Shown one piece after another: positions 1 through 8,268 of a DNA stretch of 32,000 bases. Origin of the DNA: an uncultured archaeon (GTDB lineage: Archaea > Asgardarchaeota > Thorarchaeia > Thorarchaeales > Thorarchaeaceae); assembly GCA_964648855.1 (NCBI GenBank), contig CAZYLT010000011.1, forward strand, positions 60,001 through 92,000, read 5' to 3'. How positions within the stretch are numbered: position 1 is the stretch's first letter; each line of letters opens with the position of its first letter. Below the pieces are notes generated by a model. It was given only the letters and a program-made list of their open reading frames with translations. It was not told where the DNA came from and searched no databases. The position numbers and the translations under genes are program-made.

Positions 1-1426
1 TTTGCAAACCGGAAAATAGCCTTAACACCCCAAAAACAAGGATTCCAACTGTCATGAATATTAGCATAGAAGTGACAGCAACCCATGGGGGAATCTGCCC
101 CCTTCTAGAATCCAAGTACGCTCTGGGGTCAGACACCATTGCACGAATCTCCTCTTTTATCGCCTTAATTGAGAATAACTGCCCTCTTACTCTCATGAGC
201 CTATCAAGTTCAGAGGGCGAATGTGGGTCTTCTATGACTACACCCTGATATTCATTGAATTCCGTATTCTGCTCATTGACCGAACGTTCAAACTCATCGC
301 GTGATAATTCGTCAGGACTTCTACTCGTGACAACATCCCCAAGAATAATAGATGCAAACACTCCTAGCGCAAGATAGAGAATCTCTGGTCTAGTGAGATG
401 TTCTCCAAAGGGAATGAATGCAGCACCCTCAATAGCCAGCCATATGACTAGAGAGGCGAGGCTTCCCGCTGCCATGACTAAGACCCGCTTCCATCCAACA
501 AAGAACCCAATGGCTGCAATTAATGGTGAATTGCTAATCCCTATCCAATCCGGGACAATGGGGTTCACTGCATGAGGAAAAGAGCTGAACGTGGCTGGTG
601 CTTGTGTTCTAGAACTGACTACATACTCTGCAGCTCGTGTGGCCGCAGTCCAAGATGCCGCAGCTCCAAGGCCTGCTATTACCGCTGTCTTTGTGTCTAC
701 ATCTGCACCAAGGCAATTGATGCACTCCGCCTGAGGCAAAACTTGCGGCCAGGGCTCATTCATGAATCTATCCCTAAATGGCACCATTAGAATCAGTCCA
801 AATATCGCGCTCGCTCCTGTCACGAAGGCTATAAATTGATACGTAATTAGCGATGAAGCGATACTCGGCTGAAAAATGGCGATGGCCGGAAAAGTGATTA
901 GAACGCCAATGGAAACCATGGACGAGCTATTGGCTATAGATACGACCACTGCATTTTCTTCCGGAGTGTATTTTCCAAACATTGTCAAAATCAAGAAGCC
1001 CAGTAATTCCGCCCCAACGAAATAGACAACACCCAGCTTCAGCGCGAGATAAATGCCCAAGAAAGTCATGACTACTCCAACTATAACGCCTGTAGTCAAC
1101 GCTCTCTTAGTCAAGGGAAACTTTGGCTTACTGGTAACAAAACCGTATATTGCCAAGCTACCTGCAGCCATTACAACAATCTCTGAAAACGCACCCAAGA
1201 CTAGCGATAATGAAACATAAAGCACTACTCCTAGGCACAGCAGACCTAGGCTCTTTTTATCAAGGGGCCCCGTAACCAAAGAACCGACCAGAAGCACAGA
1301 TTCGATCACTATTGTGGTGATGACACCATAGTCCGTCCTACCCTGAAAGAGAACGATAAGTGCATAGAAAAGCCCTGCAATATATAAACCTAGCAAGAGA
1401 GCTCGGTCTGACTTGGGCTTCTTCAT
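1..1426 (-). CDS. OPT/YSL family oligopeptide transporter (3' end outside the window)
   Basis: Not in the ORF track because it has no stop in the window. Manual translation from ATG 1426: MKKPKSDRALLLG...FPLTKRALTTGVIVGVVMTFLGIYLALKLGVVYFVG...KYTPEENAVVVSIANSSS...LITFPA...EPWPQ. The LTxRA, YxxLKxG and EN motifs match OPT-family N-termini; many TM segments. Confidence 0.8.
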   Translation of the reverse strand, partial: MKKPKSDRALLLGLYIAGLFYALIVLFQGRTDYGVITTIVIESVLLVGSLVTGPLDKKSLGLLCLGVVLYVSLSLVLGAFSEIVVMAAGSLAIYGFVTSKPKFPLTKRALTTGVIVGVVMTFLGIYLALKLGVVYFVGAELLGFLILTMFGKYTPEENAVVVSIANSSSMVSIGVLITFPAIAIFQPSIASSLITYQFIAFVTGASAIFGLILMVPFRDRFMNEPWPQVLPQAECINCLGADVDTKTAVIAGLGAAASWTAATRAAEYVVSSRTQAPATFSSFPHAVNPIVPDWIGISNSPLIAAIGFFVGWKRVLVMAAGSLASLVIWLAIEGAAFIPFGEHLTRPEILYLALGVFASIILGDVVTSRSPDELSRDEFERSVNEQNTEFNEYQGVVIEDPHSPSELDRLMRVRGQLFSIKAIKEEIRAMVSDPRAYLDSRRGQIPPWVAVTSMLIFMTVGILVFGVLRLFSGLQ

Positions 1427-1529
1427 CCTTTAATCCATCTCCAAGGAGAGCATGACACCAAACAGAACACACTCTCTGCTGCTGAATAGTCATATCATGA
1501 ATGGGCCAGAGTTCAGTGGTCAGATGTCG

Positions 1530-1841
1530 TTATTTATTGTTTATGCCCATCCGTAGTTTTTCCTCGACCTCCGATGGGGACATCCCGTGTATCACTAACG
1601 TTTTCTCCTTCGATAGATGACCTGAAGCAATGACAACCTCACTACTAGAAACTCCCAAGAGATTGGACAGTCTTTTTACCAGCTCTGCATTGGCTTTTCC
1701 TTTTCGGGGTGTACTCCTAAGATTAAGAACGATAAGGTCTTCGGCCATTTCTCGAACGAGATTTTCTTCGTTCGAGTTGGGTCTCACGACAATGCGCAGG
1801 AATGTTCCCGTGTCAGCTTCCCAAATGGTTTTATCATTCAT
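1530..1841 (-). CDS. DUF167/UPF0235 (YggU-like) protein
   Basis: LRIVVRPNS...PRKGKANAELVKRLSNLLGV...IASGHLSKEK matches DUF167. Start trimmed to ATG 1841 (MNDKTIW) because the longer ORF overlaps the divergent gene. Confidence 0.85.
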   Translation of the reverse strand: MNDKTIWEADTGTFLRIVVRPNSNEENLVREMAEDLIVLNLRSTPRKGKANAELVKRLSNLLGVSSSEVVIASGHLSKEKTLVIHGMSPSEVEEKLRMGINNK

Positions 1842-1956
1842 ATCTCTCAAATCATACTTGGAATATTTGAATCTGTTCCGTCGTGAATTGTTTTTTATAC
1901 AATACCTGCGGCTACAACTACGGAATTGAACAGATATTCTATGGAGTAAATTCGAA

Positions 1957-2337
1957 ATGTCTGATCCTATTATGGAAGCATACACACAAGCATATGAAGC
2001 GTCGAACCAGATGATTCAAGCCTTTGGAGTAATCAAGTCCGATGGGTCTGTTCTCTGGCAAAGCAATAACTGGGATTTGAGTGGTGATGCCCAGCAGCTA
2101 ATCTCTGCTGTAAACAATCAATCAGCAAGTGTGAAACAGAATGATGTGAAATATAGTACCATCAGAACAAGTCCTGAGAGCTTGGTTGCTAGGAATGTCC
2201 AAGGAAATGGAACTCTTATCCTTGCGAAGATTGAAGACGATAAATGGGTTGTTGCATGGGCGGGTGCTGATGCGGCACCTGACAGTGTCTATGTGGATGT
2301 GGATCGCGCAGCCAAAGCACTGAAAGGACAAATATAG
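1957..2337 (+). CDS. Asgard-type profilin (copy 1)
   Basis: 126 aa. Pattern GVIKSDGSVLWQSNNWDLS...VKYSTIRTSPESLVARNVQGNGTLILA...VVAWA fits Loki/Thor profilins (QTxNWDL, KY, ERIIGTNVxGKGH). Confidence 0.85.
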   Translation: MSDPIMEAYTQAYEASNQMIQAFGVIKSDGSVLWQSNNWDLSGDAQQLISAVNNQSASVKQNDVKYSTIRTSPESLVARNVQGNGTLILAKIEDDKWVVAWAGADAAPDSVYVDVDRAAKALKGQI

Positions 2338-2422
2338 AAGCGCCTTGCAGACCGACTATATGGCACGTCTTTCTGCGTACATGCAACCCATTATCTATCT
2401 GATAAGGATGTGAACAAGAAGT

Positions 2423-2794
2423 TTGAGCTCTCGGATCGAGGATATTTGGAGTTCGTTATACGCTAGCAATCCTAAGATCAAAGCTCTAGCTGTCATTGAG
2501 TCTTCCAGTGTTGTTTGGCAAACATCAAATTGGAATCTTGTTGAAGACGGCCCCACAATTGTCGAGATGGCAAATAGTGGAGCTCCGACAATTATGCAAG
2601 GTGGAATGGAGTACTCTCATTTAGAATCGTCGGAAGATTACTACGTGGCTACAGCTGGTGAAAAGGGGCACCTACTAATCTCGAATGTCGATAAGAATCG
2701 GTCTATGGTCGCGTGGGCCGCGCCGGATTCTGACCCGGAGCTTGCCATAGTTGACCTCCAGTATTATGCCATATCCTTATGCAAGCAAAGCTAG
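2423..2794 (+). CDS. Asgard-type profilin paralog (copy 2, divergent)
   Basis: 123 aa, TTG start after GATGTGA. Colinear with copy 1: YASN, VWQTSNWNL, MEYS, GEKGHLLIS, VAWAAPDSDP, VDL. Confidence 0.75.
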   Translation: MSSRIEDIWSSLYASNPKIKALAVIESSSVVWQTSNWNLVEDGPTIVEMANSGAPTIMQGGMEYSHLESSEDYYVATAGEKGHLLISNVDKNRSMVAWAAPDSDPELAIVDLQYYAISLCKQS

Positions 2795-2831
2795 AAGACT
2801 GCCTAATTTGGATACCGGCAAACGGCACTGT

Positions 2832-3569
2832 CTATTCATTGGCGAAGATAATCTCGCGTATACGTCTGTGAAGATTTATGTAATCTTCTTGACCAACCGA
2901 ATGTATTTCAATAAGAAATTCGAACAAATCAAGCAGGTCTTTGTCGGCTAAATCGCCTCTAATCATATTTGCGACTTCTTTCCGTGGTTGCATCTCTAAC
3001 TTGTATTTCTTAAGCAGCAGCTCCACTAGTTCTTGTTGATGCTCCTGACTCAAACTCACATCAAACTTCTTTATGAGTTTCTGGACATATTCTTTGCTTT
3101 TCTTTTTGAGCACCTTTTCATCGGCGTCAAGCATTCCTGTTGTGAGCACGAACCCCTTAGCTGTCCTCTGATAGTAATCCGTAGTTCGTTTCCCTGTTGT
3201 GACCGTGCCATACTTGATTACGTAGTCGGCATCAATGAGTTTAGGGAGGTGGTGATAGACTTGATTCTTGGTTATTTCTTCCGCTCCCTCCACCTTCGTT
3301 GACTGTTTCACGATTTCAACCACGGACAAAGCATGTCGCTGGACTTCACGTTGGCGGATGATTAAATCCCCCGTCTTCTCATCCCGTTTCTCTGTCGTGA
3401 CAGTGTCAGGCATTCCCTCCCTCAGTACTCTAAGAATTGAAAGCCTTGCGCTATCATCCAGCTCAGCAGCTCTCTCCGGATCCTTTATGAAAACGATCTC
3501 TTCCTGAGGTTTCTTCCCCTCTTCCGTTAATTCGATACCTTCTAGGCTATCTGGAATGTCTGCGTTCAA
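2832..3569 (-). CDS. Winged-helix (ArsR-like) transcriptional regulator with helical C-terminal domain
   Basis: LDDSARLSILRVL...LSVVEIV...TKNQVYHHLPKLIDADYV...YYQRTA is an ArsR/HTH_20 pattern with an insertion. Start placed at TTG 3569 after GGAAGGA (ORF track start 3605). Confidence 0.8.
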   Translation of the reverse strand: MNADIPDSLEGIELTEEGKKPQEEIVFIKDPERAAELDDSARLSILRVLREGMPDTVTTEKRDEKTGDLIIRQREVQRHALSVVEIVKQSTKVEGAEEITKNQVYHHLPKLIDADYVIKYGTVTTGKRTTDYYQRTAKGFVLTTGMLDADEKVLKKKSKEYVQKLIKKFDVSLSQEHQQELVELLLKKYKLEMQPRKEVANMIRGDLADKDLLDLFEFLIEIHSVGQEDYINLHRRIREIIFANE

Positions 3570-3702
3570 TGTCCTTCCGTCCACTTCTACTGCAGCTAGG
3601 CACAATTTTCTAGCACTTAAGTATAGAAAACACGGATTATAAGGTTAACGATTGAATTACAAACGTACATTATGTTATTTTGTTGTGACACAAATAGTTT
3701 TG

Positions 3703-3720
3703 TGTATAAAGGTTTATACA
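3703..3720. promoter_or_regulatory. Perfect palindrome TGTATAAA-GG-TTTATACA, candidate operator
   Basis: 8-bp inverted repeat with 2-bp spacer, between the divergent wHTH gene and the peptide ORFs; TATA-like TTTATAT at 3738-3744. Confidence 0.6.
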
Positions 3721-3777
3721 ACAAACCATGCGTAATATTTATATGTGTTTGGCACACTATAAAGTACGTGAACAAAA

Positions 3778-3885
3778 ATGGCTGAAGCAAAGAATGCAAC
3801 CAAAATGAGTCATCTGAAAACCAGGCCAATGGGCAACGTGCAAAACACTGAAGCTCTTGGTTATGCATACCAATATCGGAGGTAA
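3778..3885 (+). CDS. Small peptide 1 (35 aa, MAEAKNATKMSHLKTRPMGNVQNTEALGYAYQYRR)
   Basis: ATG preceded by GTGA and by a TATA box ~35-40 nt upstream; homologous to the next ORF at both ends. Confidence 0.6.
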   Translation: MAEAKNATKMSHLKTRPMGNVQNTEALGYAYQYRR

Positions 3886-3890
3886 ACTAC

Positions 3891-3971
3891 ATGGCTATTG
3901 CTAAAGACAAAAAGAATGAGAGAAAACACATCTCCACCAATGCAATCCTTTACTCTTACTTCAGAAGGTAG
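3891..3971 (+). CDS. Small peptide 2 (26 aa, MAIAKDKKNERKHISTNAILYSYFRR)
   Basis: GGAGGT RBS 7 nt before the ATG, overlapping the end of peptide 1; shares MAxAK and TxAxxYxY..RR with peptide 1. Confidence 0.65.
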   Translation: MAIAKDKKNERKHISTNAILYSYFRR

Positions 3972-4073
3972 TTCGTAATGGTATCCCCATATCAATCAAA
4001 TCGACCGGAAGACAGAGATAACGATTGTCACTCAGTAGACCCCAATAGAGGGCGTGACCTCTCATGCAAAGAA

Positions 4074-4101
4074 GTGCTCATGCTCGAAGCGACATGAGCA
4101 C
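4074..4101. terminator. Hairpin GTGCTCATG-N10-CATGAGCAC followed by a pyrimidine tract
   Basis: 9-bp perfect stem, then CTTCTCTTTTC; lies between the convergent peptide ORFs and the methyltransferase. Confidence 0.5.
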
Positions 4102-4137
4102 AGGCTTCTCTTTTCAAACCTTACTTTAACATACTAT

Positions 4138-4947
4138 CTACTTCTTGAAGACAATTCGATAGAACGTATCATTCATGATATAGTCTACTTCAACATCCCG
4201 TGCCTTGCCTGGAAGGTGCTCAAGTGGAGGTCTAGTATCGAAAAGAGCGTTTTCTTCAATAATGGCTCTTCCCCTAGATTCATTTCTGATCTTCGGTGAT
4301 ATCCCCTCGTCAATTACAACAACAGTCCCTTCATTTACTGTAACTCTAAGCATTTCCTGTAGGGCGTCTTCCTTTTCAGAAAATGTATTCAGTCCACCTG
4401 TATGTACTACAGTATCGAAGTAGTCACTCCGAAACGGGATCTTGAATACGTTTCCCTTTACAAGATTGACATTCAAGCCGACTTGTTTGAGCTTTGACCT
4501 AGCAACCTCTAGCATCCCGTCTGAAACGTCCAACCCGTGCATCGATAGTTTGGATACTTTATCTTTCATAGCATTTCGAAGCGCGATGAAATTGGCGCCT
4601 GTACCGATACTAACATCGAGGATATTGATTTGACCTGTGTTTGGCAAAAACTGAACAAGGTCTTCTCGTTCTTTCATCATGTCAACCTGCAGCCAGCCGT
4701 CATAGCTTTGTACCGCTTCATCATACTTACTTGCCACGTTATCGTATTCAGCAACCCATTTTCTATCCTTATCCTTCAGGGGGGGATACAACAAATCAAC
4801 AATCGAATTTTCAATACTCCAGTAGTGCCCCTTTTCGCACGTTACTCCTCCTGTAACAATGGACTCGTTCTGCTCCAATATCTCAGTAAGATGCATCTTT
4901 CTGCTGCATTTTGGACAACGTAAGGCATCTAAATCCTCAATTTTCAG
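4138..4947 (-). CDS. Class I SAM methyltransferase (UbiE-like) with N-terminal Trm112-like Zn ribbon
   Basis: ILDVSIGTG, GLDVS, FDTVV motifs. The frame stays open upstream of ATG 4896 and adds LKIEDLDALRCPKCSRK, which pairs with CEKGH; probable CTG start at 4947. Confidence 0.8.
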   Translation of the reverse strand: MKIEDLDALRCPKCSRKMHLTEILEQNESIVTGGVTCEKGHYWSIENSIVDLLYPPLKDKDRKWVAEYDNVASKYDEAVQSYDGWLQVDMMKEREDLVQFLPNTGQINILDVSIGTGANFIALRNAMKDKVSKLSMHGLDVSDGMLEVARSKLKQVGLNVNLVKGNVFKIPFRSDYFDTVVHTGGLNTFSEKEDALQEMLRVTVNEGTVVVIDEGISPKIRNESRGRAIIEENALFDTRPPLEHLPGKARDVEVDYIMNDTFYRIVFKK

Positions 4948-5042
4948 AATGAATCACGCCTCACAGAGTCTTATTGCCTGCTTCAATATCAATTTGACCT
5001 CACGTCCTAATAGATGGGATAACATATCCTACGACTCAAGTT

Positions 5043-5342
5043 TTATTCGACAGGAAATTCCCTTTCCTCTGGGTGATCAAGAACAAATCTAATTTCATAA
5101 AGCCTATCTGCGATAGCCTGTCCCCTATCCGTCAGAGCAAGATAGGGGCTTCCTGCTCCCCCCTTATACTCGTTGGCAAGTTGTAATTCTACCAATCTAG
5201 ACTTGATGGCTTCGAATGAAGCCTCGGGGTCATCAACGAGATCTTGCAGACGGGAAATGAGGTCCCGTTCGAACTTGTCACTCCATTTTAATGCAAACAG
5301 GAGTTCAAGGACGGGTCTTTGTATCAGGTATTCGAGAGACAT
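5043..5342 (-). CDS. Small winged-helix (MarR-like) protein
   Basis: 99 aa; RLVELQLA...YLALTDRGQAIA wing motif (LTxxG). Confidence 0.6.
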   Translation of the reverse strand: MSLEYLIQRPVLELLFALKWSDKFERDLISRLQDLVDDPEASFEAIKSRLVELQLANEYKGGAGSPYLALTDRGQAIADRLYEIRFVLDHPEEREFPVE

Positions 5343-5416
5343 CTCTATCGTTTTCTATTACTTTCTTGTCAAATATGAAGTAAACGCTCCCATACCATCC
5401 TGCTTCAACGCTCGTC

Positions 5417-6418
5417 CTATTCAGATTGGAACTCTCTTAAGGACTCATTGGAATATCTCTTATTGGGATCTTCGTCCGGTGTCAAATCAAATGGATCTCT
5501 TGTCCAACTTAGGAGTCCCAAGCTGACTGGGATGATATTGACTAGCATTAGACTTAGGGAGAAAGCTACAATGATGGCAGGGTCGATATTGATCAGTCCA
5601 AATAAGAATAGAAATACCCCCTCTCTGATTCCAAGACCCTGAATTGAAACAGGTATAGCAGTTGCCATCGTAGATAATGCCAGTGCGACATTGATGAAAA
5701 CCCAGTTGACATTAATCCCAAATGACCAAGCTAAAACTGTTGCTTGAAGCGTATATGTTAGCCACGCAACTGCTGAATACCCCAGACTCAACAGGAGGTT
5801 TCTCTTTCCTACTGACCTGATTACTGAAGGTAAAGTAAAGAGAAAGCTTCCCCTAAATCCTGACGATAGTAGCGTATCAACTCTTGCCTTGAAGAACCAT
5901 GTCCAGATTGTCTTTTTTATGAAATAGTAAAAGAAGATGAATCCTGCAATCCAAACCAGAGCAAAAAATAACCCGAGAATGGTTATGTCGATTTCTAACA
6001 GAATGAGTAGTGCAATGCCTCCTAAGGAATAGGGAACAATAATCGAGATAATTGCATCTATGAAGATACTGAGCGTGGACTTGTCAGCTGGATTGCCTCT
6101 TGCTTTCATGTATGGAATGCGAATGAAGTCGCCCAGACTCCCGGGAATAGCTAGATTAGCCAGCTGTGCTATGCTTAGTGCTTCAGTGGCCTCGGTTGTT
6201 TTGAGTCTAAGCCCAAGGCCCTCCGATATGATTTGCCAACGAGCTCCCTTTAGTACCATTATCGGAATTATCAGAAAGGCGATTCCAAGAATAGTGACTG
6301 GGCTGACCGATAGAGAAGCGTTGACCATTGCGGTGAAATCGATAGTTGTGAGTATGTAGATGAACAACCCAATTCCTATGAAGCGAATTAGGTGTCTAGC
6401 TAGCATACCCCTTTTCAT
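5417..6418 (-). CDS. Lysylphosphatidylglycerol-synthase TM domain / putative flippase (UPF0104)
   Basis: KGARWQII, NLAIPGSLGDFIR and PVSIQGLGIREG signature motifs; multi-TM. Confidence 0.85.
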   Translation of the reverse strand: MKRGMLARHLIRFIGIGLFIYILTTIDFTAMVNASLSVSPVTILGIAFLIIPIMVLKGARWQIISEGLGLRLKTTEATEALSIAQLANLAIPGSLGDFIRIPYMKARGNPADKSTLSIFIDAIISIIVPYSLGGIALLILLEIDITILGLFFALVWIAGFIFFYYFIKKTIWTWFFKARVDTLLSSGFRGSFLFTLPSVIRSVGKRNLLLSLGYSAVAWLTYTLQATVLAWSFGINVNWVFINVALALSTMATAIPVSIQGLGIREGVFLFLFGLINIDPAIIVAFSLSLMLVNIIPVSLGLLSWTRDPFDLTPDEDPNKRYSNESLREFQSE

Positions 6419-6729
6419 ATCAATCCCTCAAGGTCTGACCCACTCTGTTTGTATCTCATTCCCTATATTGGTGAATTCAGCAATGAAGATAGTGAGAATA
6501 TTGCTATTTCAATTCATCCAATGGGTACCAATAGACAGAGTCCGTTGAATCTATGAATGATATGCTCCCACTAAAAGCGGTATTAACTACCATATCAGTG
6601 GTAGTTCATGGATTGAGGGCAGTTTTTGAAGTTGAAATTACCATCTATTTGGTTACATGGAGCATATGTCTCAAAAACCGCCTACCTATTATACTGGTTT
6701 TTGCATCAAATGACTCAGCACTTGCCCAT

Positions 6730-8115
6730 ATGAAGAGGTGTCTGAAACTGCACGAAGAGGAAATCGAACCCGAAATTACAAGAGAACATGACCTCGAAGG
6801 AACCGAGTCTGTCCAGGATTCTGCAAGCGAGATGCGATGGTTGTACGTCCTAGCAATTGGCCTGGGATTCTTTACCACAGGAATCAGCTGGAGTGTCTAC
6901 AACAGCTATCTCCCCGCAGAGTTCCTTCCAACCTTCATTGTTGGTGATCTTCAAAATACCATAATTGGTGCTATAATGGTATTAGATAACATTCTGGCTG
7001 TTCTTATTCAACCATATATTGGGGCCAAGTCTGACAGCACTAGGACGAGATGGGGACGAAGGATGCCCTATATCATGGTTGGAACTCCTCTTGCTGCTGC
7101 CTTTTTCACGCTAATTGCATATGGATGGGCTGTCTTTGGTTTCTGGTTCATGCTGGCCATCATAACTATCTTCAATATTTCAATGGCTTTCTATCGAGCT
7201 CCTGTTGTAGCTCTGATGCCGGACTTGGTATCTTCAGAACATCGAACAAAAGCAAATGGCATCATTAATCTGATGGGTGGCATTGGTGCAATCTATGCCT
7301 TCGCGATTGCATCTCGTATATTCAAAATAAACAGCTCTGCATTGGGTGCCTTCCTTGGTGTGACTGCCGCACAAGTTGGGCCTATTCTTACTTTCCTGTC
7401 TACTTCCATCATCATGGTTGTGGCAGTAATCATCCTCTTTTTCGCCATCAAAGAACCAGAAGTAGCTCCTGTGGATGCGGACAAACCACGAGAAATCGGA
7501 ATTGTTGAGGCATTTCGTGAGGTTTCCTTCTCCGAGGACAAGTCGGCTGCAGCGATACTTGGTGCCATTTTCATGTGGTTCTTTGGGTACAATGCAATTG
7601 AAACTTGGTTCACAAAATACGGGAATGAAATTCTTGGTTTTGCTGTTGAAGATGCTTCATTTCTTCTCACAGGCATTGCTCTGTCTTTTGTGATCTTCGC
7701 AGTCCCTGCAGGATTGTTAGCTGAAAAGGTAGGGAGACGGAACACGATACTTGTAGGCCTTCTGATTATGCACGCAAGCCTGATTGCGCTCTGGTTTTCA
7801 GCCGACTATAATACCATTCTTGGGATATTCGCTGTGGCCGGAATTGGTTGGGCATTTGTGAATGTGAACAGCATTGTTATTATGTGGGAGTTACTTGGAA
7901 AAGCCCGGATTGGAGCTGGTACTGGGCTCTACTACGCAGCCAGTATGGGCGCAGCAATAGTAGGTCCATTCATAGCAGGAGTATTCTTCGACCTTACGTC
8001 TATCAGCCTGCTATTTCCACTATCTCTCATTTTCTTCATTCTCGCCTTTGTCCTAACTATTGCTGTAAGGACCGGCGAAGCGGGGGATGAAAGTAAGAGT
8101 GAAATGGCCGCATAG
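6730..8115 (+). CDS. MFS transporter (SLC45/GPH-like sugar permease)
   Basis: QPYIGAKSDSTRTRWGRRMPYI and ALMPD motifs; 12 TM. Start likely ATG 6730, or CTG 6748 after GAGGTG; the ORF-track extension to 6553 looks non-coding. Confidence 0.85.
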   Translation: MKRCLKLHEEEIEPEITREHDLEGTESVQDSASEMRWLYVLAIGLGFFTTGISWSVYNSYLPAEFLPTFIVGDLQNTIIGAIMVLDNILAVLIQPYIGAKSDSTRTRWGRRMPYIMVGTPLAAAFFTLIAYGWAVFGFWFMLAIITIFNISMAFYRAPVVALMPDLVSSEHRTKANGIINLMGGIGAIYAFAIASRIFKINSSALGAFLGVTAAQVGPILTFLSTSIIMVVAVIILFFAIKEPEVAPVDADKPREIGIVEAFREVSFSEDKSAAAILGAIFMWFFGYNAIETWFTKYGNEILGFAVEDASFLLTGIALSFVIFAVPAGLLAEKVGRRNTILVGLLIMHASLIALWFSADYNTILGIFAVAGIGWAFVNVNSIVIMWELLGKARIGAGTGLYYAASMGAAIVGPFIAGVFFDLTSISLLFPLSLIFFILAFVLTIAVRTGEAGDESKSEMAA

Positions 8116-8121
8116 GTTTTT

Positions 8122-8149
8122 GAGGGTGGCATCTTTTTTATCCACCCTC
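8122..8149 (+). terminator. Hairpin GAGGGTGG...CCACCCTC with T-rich loop
   Basis: 8-bp inverted repeat 6 nt after the MFS stop codon. Confidence 0.5.
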
Positions 8150-8268
8150 TCTAGCTTCTTCCCAGCATAGTATTCACCCGAATACGTTGAATGGTTTTGA
8201 ATTTGTTTTTGAAACATCATCACGCAATGTGAGAACCATTAATAGCAGTAATAGAAGTAAAGGTCATA

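Noticed and set aside
54-790. Plus-strand short ORFs, and the many similar antisense ORFs across the window
   Set aside because: Shadows of well-supported genes on the opposite strand or in another frame.
3617-3868. 83-aa minus-strand ORF in the track
   Set aside because: Spans AT-rich promoter elements and is antisense to peptide 1; composition is not protein-like.
3978-4097. Third short ORF (39 aa, MVSPYQSNRPED...) after the two peptides
   Set aside because: Lacks the shared MAxAK and YxY..RR motifs and runs into the hairpin; not counted as a family member.
4074-4101. Hairpin as a possible SECIS element
   Set aside because: No AUGA/GA non-canonical quartet in the stem and no in-frame TGA in adjacent genes; a terminator is the simpler explanation.
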